41,894 nt of DNA. Source: Candidatus Omnitrophota bacterium. Lineage in GTDB: Bacteria; Omnitrophota; Gorgyraeia; Pluralincolimonadales; Pluralincolimonadaceae. Position numbers and translations under genes: made by a program. The notes beneath the pieces were generated by a model. It was not told where the DNA came from. It saw only the letters and a program-made list of their open reading frames with translations, and searched no databases. Below, piece after piece: positions 7,609 to 17,785 of this stretch. The stretch covers positions 1-41,894 of the forward strand of contig JBAZFE010000001.1 of assembly GCA_041653555.1 (NCBI GenBank), written 5' to 3'. Each line of letters starts with the position of its first letter. Position 1 is the stretch's first letter.

Positions 7609-8705
7609 AATACTTTCCTTTTATTTTTTATGTTCTCGAGTATCCCTATGCACGCTATCGACATTATCAGGAACGAGCCTCCGTAAGATACGAAAGTGAG
7701 CGGTATGCCGACGACCGGCATCAGCCCGCAGACCATCCCGATATTCACTATTATATGCATCGCGAACACCGTGACGATCCCGTAGGCAAGCGTCTTGCCG
7801 TAAATATCGCTCGTCGTCTCCGCTATCCTGAGCCCCTTCTCCACGAGCCTGTAAAAAAGGAATAACAGGACCGCGCTTCCTATGAAACCCCACTCCTCCC
7901 CCACGACGGAAAATATGAAGTCGGTATGGTGCTCGGGAAGGAAATTCAGCTGGTTCTGCGTGCCCGCGAGCCATCCTTTCCCCAAAATGCCGCCGGAGCC
8001 GATGGCTATCTTCGACTGGATTATCGTATACCCGGCGCCGAGAGGGTCGAGGTTAGGATTGATGAATACCATGAGCCTGTTACGCTGGTATTCCTTCAGG
8101 AAGAACCAGAGGAAAGGCGCGCACGCAAGCCCCGAGCCTATCAGGATCATCAGGTACTTGAGCCTCGCGCCGGCAATAAGCAGCATCGTGAACAGCACCG
8201 GAACGAACACGAGCGCGGTTCCGAGGTCGGGCTCCTTGAATATCAGCAGTATCGGGACTATCGCCATCGCGAACGGCGCTATGAGCGCCTTCGGCTTTTC
8301 TATCCCTTCCTTTATATCTCCTAGGTATTTGGCCAGGGCAAATATGAAAGTTATCTTCGCGAACTCCGACGGCTGGAACGCGAAAGAGCCTATCTCGATC
8401 CACCTGCGGGCCCCGTAACGCATGTCGCCGGCGAAAAGGACCAGGACCAGGAAGAGCACATTCAGGCCGAATATATAATATCCGAAATCGATTATCCTCT
8501 GGTAGCCGGTCCTGAATAGCGCGAATGCCACGAGGATACCGATGACGGCCGATTGGAGCTGCCGCAGCGAAAGGTTAGTCCCCGAAAGCACGTATTTCTG
8601 GTATGACGCGCTGTAGATCACGAACAGCCCCATCAGCACTATTACGGCGACGATAAGCACGAGCCCATAATCGAATTCACCTTTTGACTTTACGTTATAT
8701 TTCAT
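7605..8705 (-). CDS. rodA: SEDS peptidoglycan glycosyltransferase RodA
   Basis: 366-aa polytopic membrane ORF of the FtsW/RodA family (PSEFAKI, EPDLGTA, HTDFIFS motifs). It lies immediately downstream of mrdA with a 4-nt overlap, in an mreBCD-mrdA-rodA context. Confidence 0.93.
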   Translation of the reverse strand: MKYNVKSKGEFDYGLVLIVAVIVLMGLFVIYSASYQKYVLSGTNLSLRQLQSAVIGILVAFALFRTGYQRIIDFGYYIFGLNVLFLVLVLFAGDMRYGARRWIEIGSFAFQPSEFAKITFIFALAKYLGDIKEGIEKPKALIAPFAMAIVPILLIFKEPDLGTALVFVPVLFTMLLIAGARLKYLMILIGSGLACAPFLWFFLKEYQRNRLMVFINPNLDPLGAGYTIIQSKIAIGSGGILGKGWLAGTQNQLNFLPEHHTDFIFSVVGEEWGFIGSAVLLFLFYRLVEKGLRIAETTSDIYGKTLAYGIVTVFAMHIIVNIGMVCGLMPVVGIPLTFVSYGGSFLIMSIACIGILENIKNKRKVF

Positions 8706-10426
8706 TTTAATAATTCCGTGTTGTCTTTCGCGAACTTGAGTATCTTGCCCGCGATATCTGCCGCCGCGACCCCTCCGTGCCCGCCGTGTTCCACCATGAC
8801 GACAAAAGCCACCTTCGGGTCATCCGCCGGAGCAAAACCCATGAACCACGCATGCGGGTCGCCGTTAGGCGCCTCGGCGGTGCCGGTCTTCGCGGCTATC
8901 TTAAGGCCTTCTACCCTCGCCCTCTGTCCGGTTCCCGTATCCGATGATACCGCATTTACCATCGCGGACTTTATCGTATCGGCTGTGTCCTTGGACATAG
9001 GGACCATCCTCGGCTTCGGCACGTTCACCGTCGTCTCGCCGATCTTCTTTATTATATGCGGCCGCGGCGCCGCGCCTCCCATCGCCAATATCGACGCGAC
9101 CTCCGTCATCTGCAGCGGCGTCACGAGCACATCGCCCTGCCCTATCGAGAAATTCACAGTCTCCCCTTCATACCAGCTTTGCCCTCGCCGCGCCTTCTTC
9201 CAGGCCGGGTTCGGTATGAGCCCTCCGCTCTCTCCTCCGATGTCAATGCCGGTCGGCTTGTTCAGCCCGACCTTTTGTGCGTATTCGGATATCACATCGG
9301 GTCCGAGCTTACGCCCGAGGTTATAGAAATATACGTTACATGAATGCGTTATCGCGTCCCTCATGTCTTGCGGCCCGTGGCCTTCGAGTTTCCAGCAATC
9401 GAATTCGGCACGGCCGAGATAATATCTTCCGGGGCATACAAAAGTCGTATGGACCGTCGCCTTCTTAGTATCGAGGGCCGCAAACGCCAATACCGTCTTG
9501 AATATGGAACCCGGGGGATATTGGCCGTTTATGGCGCGGTTAAGCATGGGCCTTGCAGAAGACTTGACGTAGCCCACGGCCACATCATTCTTGCCGGGCT
9601 CTATGAATATGTTCGGGTCGAATGACGGCGACGACGCCATGGCCAGTATCTCGCCGTTGCGCGGATCCATGAAGACCGCCGACGCCCTCTGCCCCTCCAG
9701 GCAATCCGCCGCGTACGCCTGTAATTTCGCGTCGAGGGTCAGGGTTATGTCCCGCCCCTTCTTCTGGTTCTTGCTTCCCAGTATCCTGACCAGCCGGCCG
9801 GCGGCGTCGACCTCGAGCTGCATTCCGCCGTCCTCGCCCTTCAGGTATTTGTCGTACGCCTTCTCGATCCCGGAACGCCCGACGAGATCGCTGACCGAAT
9901 ACCCGTAGTCCTCGAGGTCGTCGAGCTCTTTCTTGTTGATAAGACTGAGATACCCGATTACATGGGAAGCCCTCTCGCCGTATATATACCAGCGGATGGT
10001 CCTCGGGAGGACCAGCACGCCCGGCAGCCTCTGTTTCTGTTCTTCAAGCGAGAAAGCCAGGTCCTTATCCACATCACCCGAGATGGTTATAGGCGCGAAA
10101 GGGGCCGAGGATTCCTTCCTTATTATCGATTCGATCCTCGCCCTTGAGATCCCCAGGGCCTGCGCAAGCCTGTCGTAGGTCTTGTCGGTGTTCTCGACCT
10201 CCTGCGGGATTATCACCACATCGAACGAGAGCCTGTTGTCGACCATCGCGAGGCCGTTGCGGTCGTATATCGTCCCGCGCAATCCCGGGAACGGTATCAG
10301 CCGTATATGGTTATTCTTGGCGAGCGTATGATAGAGCGGCCACCTTAACACCTGCAGGTAGAAGATGCCCGCAAGTATCACGAGGAACGCGATATTTATG
10401 ATCGTTGAATATATCCTGCTGCGCAT
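8702..10426 (-). CDS. mrdA: Penicillin-binding protein 2 (elongasome transpeptidase)
   Basis: 574-aa ORF with an N-terminal TM helix. Class B PBP motifs: SIFK (SxxK) in PPGSIFKT, SCN (SxN) in HSCNVYF, KTGT in AAKTGTAE. Positioned between mreD and rodA. Confidence 0.93.
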   Translation of the reverse strand: MRSRIYSTIINIAFLVILAGIFYLQVLRWPLYHTLAKNNHIRLIPFPGLRGTIYDRNGLAMVDNRLSFDVVIIPQEVENTDKTYDRLAQALGISRARIESIIRKESSAPFAPITISGDVDKDLAFSLEEQKQRLPGVLVLPRTIRWYIYGERASHVIGYLSLINKKELDDLEDYGYSVSDLVGRSGIEKAYDKYLKGEDGGMQLEVDAAGRLVRILGSKNQKKGRDITLTLDAKLQAYAADCLEGQRASAVFMDPRNGEILAMASSPSFDPNIFIEPGKNDVAVGYVKSSARPMLNRAINGQYPPGSIFKTVLAFAALDTKKATVHTTFVCPGRYYLGRAEFDCWKLEGHGPQDMRDAITHSCNVYFYNLGRKLGPDVISEYAQKVGLNKPTGIDIGGESGGLIPNPAWKKARRGQSWYEGETVNFSIGQGDVLVTPLQMTEVASILAMGGAAPRPHIIKKIGETTVNVPKPRMVPMSKDTADTIKSAMVNAVSSDTGTGQRARVEGLKIAAKTGTAEAPNGDPHAWFMGFAPADDPKVAFVVMVEHGGHGGVAAADIAGKILKFAKDNTELLK

Positions 10427-10433
10427 TTGATCC

Positions 10434-10964
10434 TTATTGGGGCCGGCGGCCTTCGTATACCTTCTTTTTGAAAACTATCTCCCTGTAATCCAGCTCCACC
10501 GGAGGCATCATAGACTCCAGCACCCTGAATACCACCGGCGCAAGGACGGCCGTATATGCGGCCGCGGGCACGGAAAGAAAAAGGACCGCCTTATAATAGG
10601 GGAATCCTTTCGACGAGATTAATATATCGTATATGATCGAGGTAAAGAACACCGCGATAGCCGCGACGATCATCTGCGCGGAAGCCAGGTTCCTGTAAAG
10701 GGCTTCCTTGTACATGCCGGCGACAAAGCCGACCGAACCGTAAAGCAGCATGATGATCGGATGCATGCCGGTGAAAGTTATCTTCAGCAGGCCCGCTATA
10801 AGCCCGGCTATGGCGCCTTTACGCCTGTCTGAATTCAACGCGAAGAACAGCACGCCGGTAAGCATTATCTCGGGGCTTACCCCGAGGAGCTTTATGTAAT
10901 TATGGCTTGCCGCCTCAAGTATGGACATCAGCGTCAGCGCAGACACTACAGCTAACCAGCTCAT
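10434..10964 (-). CDS. mreD: Rod shape-determining protein MreD
   Basis: 176-aa multi-TM ORF directly after mreC with a 4-nt overlap. The size, hydrophobicity and position are canonical for MreD. Confidence 0.8.
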   Translation of the reverse strand: MSWLAVVSALTLMSILEAASHNYIKLLGVSPEIMLTGVLFFALNSDRRKGAIAGLIAGLLKITFTGMHPIIMLLYGSVGFVAGMYKEALYRNLASAQMIVAAIAVFFTSIIYDILISSKGFPYYKAVLFLSVPAAAYTAVLAPVVFRVLESMMPPVELDYREIVFKKKVYEGRRPQ

Positions 10965-11740
10965 TCTACCGCAAGCACCTCCTCGACGGCCATCGCGTTT
11001 ATCACGGGCTCGATCACCGCGAACTGGTACATCCCGTTGAACTCCATCTTGACGTCCAACACCCTGCCCGCAAGGAAACCCGCGGGATAGACCCCGCTGA
11101 CTCCCGACGTAACCACCGTATCCCCCGCCTTAATATCCGCTTCCTTAGATATGAATTTCATTATGCACCGGCCGTGGGCGATGCCGTACATCAAGCCTCC
11201 CGCCCTGCCTCTCTGCGACACTACCGAAACCCTGATCTCGGGATCGGTTATCAGCGAGACCCGCGAACTCCCTATGCCGACAGCGGTCACCTTCCCGATG
11301 ACTACACCGGCTGCCAATACGGCCATCTCCTCTTTTATGCCGCTCCTGGAACCTTTGTTAATTATCAGGCTCTCCCCCCAGTTCGAGAAATCCCTTCCGG
11401 TCACTTTAGCCGCGACGGAGCGTTTTGCCAGCCTGTCTTTCAGGGAAAGCAATCCCTTCAACCGCCTGTTCTCGGATACGGCTTCGTCCATCGCCGCGGC
11501 CCTGGAACTCAACGCGGCGACGTCCCTCTTTAACCTGAAATTCTCATTGGCTATGCTCTTGAAATGCAGGAGTTCATATCCGGTCTGGAATATTGCCGAC
11601 GCTATCCTGGTGGGAAGCTGCAGTACGGAATAAAGCGTCAGGGTGGTCCCGTTGGTGAATGATTCTGATACGACAAGAAGGACTATCAGAAGGGAGACTG
11701 CGACAATCGCGATTAGTGATTTGTTCTGGAATTTTCTCAC
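10961..11740 (-). CDS. mreC: Rod shape-determining protein MreC
   Basis: 259-aa ORF with an N-terminal TM helix, a short coiled coil and beta-barrel regions (GDTVVTSGVSGVYPAGFLAGRV). It starts 5 nt downstream of mreB. Confidence 0.9.
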   Translation of the reverse strand: MRKFQNKSLIAIVAVSLLIVLLVVSESFTNGTTLTLYSVLQLPTRIASAIFQTGYELLHFKSIANENFRLKRDVAALSSRAAAMDEAVSENRRLKGLLSLKDRLAKRSVAAKVTGRDFSNWGESLIINKGSRSGIKEEMAVLAAGVVIGKVTAVGIGSSRVSLITDPEIRVSVVSQRGRAGGLMYGIAHGRCIMKFISKEADIKAGDTVVTSGVSGVYPAGFLAGRVLDVKMEFNGMYQFAVIEPVINAMAVEEVLAVE

Positions 11741-11745
11741 ATCTT

Positions 11746-12825
<1,080 letters not shown>

Positions 12826-12848
12826 TACCCTCCTCCTGATATCTTAAA

Positions 12849-12877
12849 AGGATACCAAACCCCCGCATAAAAGTCAA
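12849..12877 (-). promoter_or_regulatory. Possible promoter for the mreB operon (weak -10)
   Basis: The minus strand reads TTGACT (12877-12872), a 17-nt spacer, then TATCCT (12854-12849), in the 67-nt gap between aroA and mreB. The -10 matches consensus at only 4 of 6 positions. Confidence 0.3.
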
Positions 12878-12892
12878 CGGCAATCTGGACCT

Positions 12893-14173
12893 TCATGTCA
12901 GCTGCCCAAGGTGCTTGACGAAATCAGGGTAAGACTTCGCGATACATCCGGTATCGTCTACTATAGTCTCGCCTTTAGCGGCCAATCCGGCGATCAGCAT
13001 CGACATCGCGGTCCTGTGGTCGCCGAAGCTCATCGCCGTTATCCCCTTCAGGTTCTCCGATCCCTCGATGATAATATCGTCGCCCCTTAAAGAAAATTTT
13101 GCGCCCATATTCTTGAGATTCGCGGCCATCGAGCTGATCCTGTCGGTCTCCTTTATCTTCAGTTCCTGGGCTCCCTTTATGACCGTGGTGCCCGAAGCGA
13201 AGGCCGCCGCGATCATAACGGCCGGGAGCTCGTCGATCGTCCTCGGTATGAGGTCCCCCTCAACCGTAACTCCGCGCAGGCCGCCGTACTCCGCTATTAT
13301 ATCACCGACAGGCTCGGACGCAACTTCTCTTTCATTCTCGATCTTAATATTAGCGCCCATCGCCCTTAGTATATCTATTATGCCGGTCCGCGTGGGATTT
13401 ATCCCGACGGAATCAAGCCTTATCGATGAGCCCTTGATTATAGCCGCGCCGAGAAGGAAGAACGCCGCGCTCGATATGTCCCCCGGCACGTCCAGCTCCT
13501 GCGCCCTGAGGGGCGCGCCGCCCTTGACAGATACCTTCAGCCCGTCGATAGAGACATCCGCCCCGAACGCCTTCAGCATGCGCTCGGTATGGTCCCTCGA
13601 CCTGTGCGGCTCGCTTACGGACGTAATGCCGCCCGTGTAAAGCCCGGCAAAGAGTATCGCTGACTTCACCTGCGCGCTCGAAACGGGAGAGACGTAATCT
13701 ATAGGCTTGAGCTTTCCTCCCCTTACGGTTATAGGCGCGAAGTTCGCGTTGTCCTTTCCCTCGAACCTGGCGCCCATCATGCCGAGGGGCTCCGTGACGC
13801 GCCGCATCGGCCGCTTCGAGAGGCCTTTGCCCGCGGTCAGCACCGTATCGAAAGGCTGCCCGGCAAGTATCCCAAGCATTATGCGCATCGAGGTCCCGGA
13901 ATCCCGCATGAAAACGGGGCTGTCGGGTTTCTTGAAACCCGACAGCCCCAGTCCTGTTACTGCGATCTCATCCGCCGACTCTTTTATTCCTACGCCGAGA
14001 ACCCTTAAGGCCTCTATCGTGGTCAACGTATCATCCGAACGCAGTATATTTTTTATTACAGTCGTACCGCTTGCGAGCGAGGCGACCATCACGGCCCTGT
14101 GTGAGATCGACTTGTCGCCCGGCAAAATAAGGGAACCCGCAAACCTCTTGGAAGGCCTGACCGAGAATCCCAA
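12893..14173 (-). CDS. aroA: 3-phosphoshikimate 1-carboxyvinyltransferase (EPSP synthase)
   Basis: 426-aa ORF. It carries LPGDKSISHRA near the N-terminus and full-length resemblance to EPSP synthases. Confidence 0.93.
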   Translation of the reverse strand: MGFSVRPSKRFAGSLILPGDKSISHRAVMVASLASGTTVIKNILRSDDTLTTIEALRVLGVGIKESADEIAVTGLGLSGFKKPDSPVFMRDSGTSMRIMLGILAGQPFDTVLTAGKGLSKRPMRRVTEPLGMMGARFEGKDNANFAPITVRGGKLKPIDYVSPVSSAQVKSAILFAGLYTGGITSVSEPHRSRDHTERMLKAFGADVSIDGLKVSVKGGAPLRAQELDVPGDISSAAFFLLGAAIIKGSSIRLDSVGINPTRTGIIDILRAMGANIKIENEREVASEPVGDIIAEYGGLRGVTVEGDLIPRTIDELPAVMIAAAFASGTTVIKGAQELKIKETDRISSMAANLKNMGAKFSLRGDDIIIEGSENLKGITAMSFGDHRTAMSMLIAGLAAKGETIVDDTGCIAKSYPDFVKHLGQLT

Positions 14174-14174
14174 A

Positions 14175-14942
14175 TTACATAGCTTTCGCTATATCGCCTT
14201 CCCTGATGTCTGCGCCTTCGGTAATATTGGCGGCCGACATCGTCTCATAGACCTTCTCGACCTGGGCCTTAGCTATGAGCTTGCCTTCCCTGAAGACGCC
14301 AAACACAACACCCGGGCTTATGCCTTTGTTGTTGCCGGCGGCGACAACGATAAAATTGAATTCCTTATTGACTACAAGGACCTTGCCTTCAGCTTCCACT
14401 CCCGGCTTGACCACTATCTTATCAAGCTCGACATCCTTCTTGGCCTGGAGCTCTTCGACCTGTTTCTTCAGGCTGTCGTTAGCCGAGGAGACGGTCTTAA
14501 GCTGTGCCTGCAAGGAGTTATATTCTTTTGACACCTTATCGAACTGTTCCTGCAGGGACGTACGGGAGACCTTTTCGTTCTCCCAATTCGTCTTCACCTC
14601 TTCTAATTCCCTCGACGCGCTGCTCACCTGCTCGAGCGCATCTTCCTTGGCCTTCTTTTCGTCGGCCAACATAGCCGCAAGCTTCTCGGCCTTATCCTGG
14701 AGAGCCGAGACCTTGCCCTTCATATCCGCTATTTGGGATTCGAGGTCCAGCTTCATCTTCTTCTGGTCGCTCAATTCCTTATCGAGGGCAGCCTTCTCGT
14801 CCTTCAGGCTGTTCAGTGAATTTTCGGTTGCGACGAGATTCGTGTTGGATTTCTGCAATCCCGCGAAAGACACTACCGCGAAGATCCCGAGTCCCAGGCA
14901 CAGCAAAACCAAAATTATTATTACAAGCCGGAACGATTTCAT
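14175..14942 (-). CDS. Membrane-anchored coiled-coil protein with a small beta-rich C-terminal domain, function unknown
   Basis: 255-aa ORF. N-terminal TM/signal anchor (LVIIILVLLCLGLGIFAVVSF), about 150 aa of heptad-like K/E/Q/L-rich sequence, and a C-terminal ~75 aa (GKVLVVNKEFNFIVVAAGNNKGISPGVVFGVFREGKLIAKAQVEKVYETMSAANI). A GGAGG Shine-Dalgarno precedes the start. The stop lies 1 nt before the aroA start. Confidence 0.7.
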   Translation of the reverse strand: MKSFRLVIIILVLLCLGLGIFAVVSFAGLQKSNTNLVATENSLNSLKDEKAALDKELSDQKKMKLDLESQIADMKGKVSALQDKAEKLAAMLADEKKAKEDALEQVSSASRELEEVKTNWENEKVSRTSLQEQFDKVSKEYNSLQAQLKTVSSANDSLKKQVEELQAKKDVELDKIVVKPGVEAEGKVLVVNKEFNFIVVAAGNNKGISPGVVFGVFREGKLIAKAQVEKVYETMSAANITEGADIREGDIAKAM

Positions 14943-14984
14943 TTGTTCCTCCTTTTATTTGGCTCGATTGTTACCCCCACGCGT

Positions 14985-15013
14985 ATTATATTAGAGTCGG
15001 CCCCGGAATGCAA
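14985..15013 (-). promoter_or_regulatory. Sigma70-type promoter for the coiled-coil protein / aroA unit
   Basis: The minus strand reads TTGCAT (15013-15008), a 17-nt spacer, then TATAAT (14990-14985). It lies immediately downstream of the terminator U-tract. Confidence 0.6.
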
Positions 15014-15051
15014 GAAAAAAATACTCCCCCGCCGGATAAGGCGGAGGAGTA
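15014..15051 (-). terminator. Rho-independent terminator ending the long dcw-to-rluD gene string
   Basis: The minus strand forms a 12-bp GC-rich stem (UACUCCUCCGCC / GGCGGGGGAGUA) with a 6-nt loop, followed by U7. One pair is G-U on the minus strand but a C-A mismatch on the plus strand, which fixes the orientation. Confidence 0.8.
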
Positions 15052-15082
15052 AATAGTATTATTTTTCTTTCGGGACGATACC

Positions 15083-15304
15083 TTACACTACAAGAAAAAC
15101 TGTAAGGATCCCGAACATTATGAACGAAGCGCCGACTGCGGTAAAACCGGCCCTGTATACTTTTTCATGTATATCCGTGCGCGCCAATCCGCGGTCAAGG
15201 CTCAATATCCAGTTGGCGGCGGAGCGGCTAAAAGCCATTGAATAAAAGCCCATAATCACAACTGCGATAGCCATTATTAAGCTTAATGCCAGATTTATCA
15301 TCAT
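15083..15304 (-). CDS. Small two-TM membrane protein, function unknown
   Basis: The ORF-track ORF starts at a GTG at 15346. An ATG at 15304 is preceded by GGAGG with 5-nt spacing and gives a 73-aa product (MMINLALSLIMAIAVVIMGFYSM...FIMFGILTVFLVV) with two hydrophobic helices. It is the last gene before the terminator. Confidence 0.55.
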   Translation of the reverse strand: MMINLALSLIMAIAVVIMGFYSMAFSRSAANWILSLDRGLARTDIHEKVYRAGFTAVGASFIMFGILTVFLVV

Positions 15305-15377
15305 TTTAGCCTCCGTTTCGCCTCTTTTACCCTTAACATTGCCCACTGGGGCATCTTCTGGAACTATTTATACACTA

Positions 15378-16307
15378 TTAAAAAGCTTTTGTCAAGGGTA
15401 AAATATTGCTAAAGTCCGGTCCTATTATGTCCTTCATGTCGGCCGGGACAGGCGCGCGGAATTCCATCTCTTTTCCGGACACGGGATGCCTTAATTTCAG
15501 GTAAAATGAGTGCAGGGCCTGCCTCGGGAACTTTCCCTTAGAGCCATACTTCTCGTCGCCCAGGACCGGGTGCCCTATATACGCCATATGGACCCGTATC
15601 TGGTGCGTCCTGCCGGTCTTCAGGTTCAGCATCACCAATGTAGAGTTTTCGAACCTTTTTATCACCCTGTACTCGGTGATAGCGTACCTCTCTGAATCAT
15701 GCCTTACCGCCATCTTCTGGCGGTTGCTCGGATGCCTTCCTATTGGCAGGTCTACCACCCCGTTGTCTATTTCTATGACGCCTTTTACAAGCGCGAGATA
15801 ATTCTTCGTGACTTCCCTGGCCTTGAACTGTCTGGCCAGTTCCGCATGGCTCGCGTTGTTCTTTGCTATGACGATCACTCCGGACGTGTCCTTGTCGAGG
15901 CGGTGGACAAGCCCGGGCCTGCCCTCATTAAGGTCGGAAAGGTCCTTGCAGTGGCTCAGGAGCGCGTTCACGAGTGTCCCCGAATGGACTCCCGCTCCCG
16001 GGTGGACCGATATCCCGGACTGCTTGTTCACGACGACGATGTCGTCATCCTCATACAGGATATCGAGCCCGATCTCTTCGGCTTCGAGGCTCGATGCGAC
16101 GGCCTCCTCTAAGGAGACCTCGACTTTTTGTCCGGGCTTCACCCTGTGGTGGGGCTTCGCGGGAACGCCGTCGACCAGCACGCGGCCTTCTTCCATCAGC
16201 TTCTTGAGGTGCGAGCGGGTCATCGGCCTCGGGAATACCGAGGTCAGGTACTGGTCAAGCCTCACCGGGCCGGCCTCAAGGCCTACTTCGAATGTATAAT
16301 TTTCCAT
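15378..16307 (-). CDS. rluD: RluA-family 23S rRNA pseudouridine synthase (RluD-like)
   Basis: 309-aa ORF with an N-terminal S4-like domain (RLDQYL...SRSHLKKLMEEGRVLVDG) and the catalytic motif HRLDKDTSGVIV. Confidence 0.88.
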   Translation of the reverse strand: MENYTFEVGLEAGPVRLDQYLTSVFPRPMTRSHLKKLMEEGRVLVDGVPAKPHHRVKPGQKVEVSLEEAVASSLEAEEIGLDILYEDDDIVVVNKQSGISVHPGAGVHSGTLVNALLSHCKDLSDLNEGRPGLVHRLDKDTSGVIVIAKNNASHAELARQFKAREVTKNYLALVKGVIEIDNGVVDLPIGRHPSNRQKMAVRHDSERYAITEYRVIKRFENSTLVMLNLKTGRTHQIRVHMAYIGHPVLGDEKYGSKGKFPRQALHSFYLKLRHPVSGKEMEFRAPVPADMKDIIGPDFSNILPLTKAF

Positions 16308-16963
16308 GAAAAGGCCGCTGAAGCGAATATAACTATGGATATGACCTGCGACGCCGTGAGCCCCGCGAAGAAAACGGGATTGTCGCCGCGCAGGAATTCA
16401 TTGAGGAACCTGAACGCCGAATAGAGGATCAGGTAGAGCAGCAGCGTCCTGCCGTTCGAAGGGCTGCGCTTCCTGAGGATGAGGAATAATATGAACATCG
16501 CGGCCGACTCGGTAAGCTGGGTCGGGATCGCCTTATATTTACCGTAGCAGCAGCCGTTCAGGTAACATCCTATGCGCCCTATCGCCTGCCCCAGCGCGAT
16601 ATACGGCGCGACCAGGTCCGCTGTCTTCAGCACGGGCATCCCCTTCGCCTTCAGGAAGATGATGCCGCATGCCGTAGAGGCGACGAGGCCGCCGTACCAG
16701 ACAAGGCCCCCCTCCCACAATTTAAGTATGTCCCCCGGATGGGCGAGATATTCGTTTATATTGAACAGGACGAACAGCAGGCGGCCGCCTATGATACCCG
16801 ATATGATAAGGATGATGAAGAGGTCGAGCATCTTATCGCCGTCCATGCCTTCTGATACAGCCCTGCGCCTCGCGAGCGTTGCGGCCAAAAGGAACGCGAT
16901 CGCGAGCGCTGCGCCGTAGGAAAACACCTTGAACGGCCCTATCTCAAACAGTACGGGATGCAT
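16283..16963 (-). CDS. lgt: Prolipoprotein diacylglyceryl transferase
   Basis: 226-aa membrane ORF with MHPVLFEIGPFKVFSYG, GGRLLFV, WEGGLVWYGG and GRIGCYLNGCCYG, all typical of Lgt. Confidence 0.9.
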   Translation of the reverse strand: MHPVLFEIGPFKVFSYGAALAIAFLLAATLARRRAVSEGMDGDKMLDLFIILIISGIIGGRLLFVLFNINEYLAHPGDILKLWEGGLVWYGGLVASTACGIIFLKAKGMPVLKTADLVAPYIALGQAIGRIGCYLNGCCYGKYKAIPTQLTESAAMFILFLILRKRSPSNGRTLLLYLILYSAFRFLNEFLRGDNPVFFAGLTASQVISIVIFASAAFSWKIIHSK

Positions 16964-17384
16964 CCTTCCCCCTGAATATTACGAAGAAGAGCATTACGGA
17001 GCCGACGGTTATGCACGAATCGGCGAAATTAAAGACCGGCCACCAATGCAGGTCGATGAAGTCTATGACATGGCCGAAGCGGAGCCTGTCTATCAGGTTG
17101 CCCGCTGCGCCTCCCAGTATCAGCGCGAGAGGAAGATAATACCCGGGCCTCTTTTTCAGCATATAATATACGGTAAAAAATATCGCGGCGATGGAGATAA
17201 ACACTAGAATAAGTACCTGGTTCCTGAAAAGCCCGAAACCGGCGCCCGTATTCTCGACGAGGGTGAAGCTGACCAGGTTCCCGGCCGCGGGAATGGAGTC
17301 CCCGCAGGATAAGTTAGCGGCCGCTATCGCCTTCGTGGCCTGATCGATCAATACCACCAGCCCGGCGACGATAAAGGGAAGCAT
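16944..17384 (-). CDS. lspA: Lipoprotein signal peptidase II
   Basis: 146-aa membrane ORF with NTGAGFG and FNFADS motifs, in the conserved ileS-lspA neighbourhood. Confidence 0.9.
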   Translation of the reverse strand: MLPFIVAGLVVLIDQATKAIAAANLSCGDSIPAAGNLVSFTLVENTGAGFGLFRNQVLILVFISIAAIFFTVYYMLKKRPGYYLPLALILGGAAGNLIDRLRFGHVIDFIDLHWWPVFNFADSCITVGSVMLFFVIFRGKDASRTV

Positions 17385-17779
17385 CAGACTATCTTTTTCT
17401 GCGGGTCCTCTTTAGACTGGCAATCGACGCAAAGGCCCGCGTAAGGCATCGCCATCAGCCTCTGCTTGGCTATCGGTTTTTCGCACTCCAGGCAGATGCC
17501 GAAGGTCTTGTCCTCTATGCGCTTAAGGGCTTCTTCGATGGCGTAGAGTATCTTCTGCTGCACGTTCATCGCGATGCCGAGAGAGAACTCCCTGTCAAAG
17601 CTATCCGTCGCAACATCCGCCATATGGAACGTATAAGCGGACAGGTCTCCGGAAGCGTCGCGCTGTGATTTATTTATGGAGTCCTTCTCTACGCCGCCGA
17701 TCTCCTTGAGCATCTCCGCCTTCTTCTTAAGCAGCATGCCCTTGAATTTTTCCAGCTCAGCTTTATCCCATTTTATCAT
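17384..17779 (-). CDS. DksA/TraR-family C4 zinc-finger protein
   Basis: 131-aa ORF with an N-terminal coiled-coil-like region and the C-terminal CLECEKPIAKQRLMAMPYAGLCVDC C4 finger. Confidence 0.8.
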   Translation of the reverse strand: MIKWDKAELEKFKGMLLKKKAEMLKEIGGVEKDSINKSQRDASGDLSAYTFHMADVATDSFDREFSLGIAMNVQQKILYAIEEALKRIEDKTFGICLECEKPIAKQRLMAMPYAGLCVDCQSKEDPQKKIV

Positions 17780-17785
17780 TTTAGA

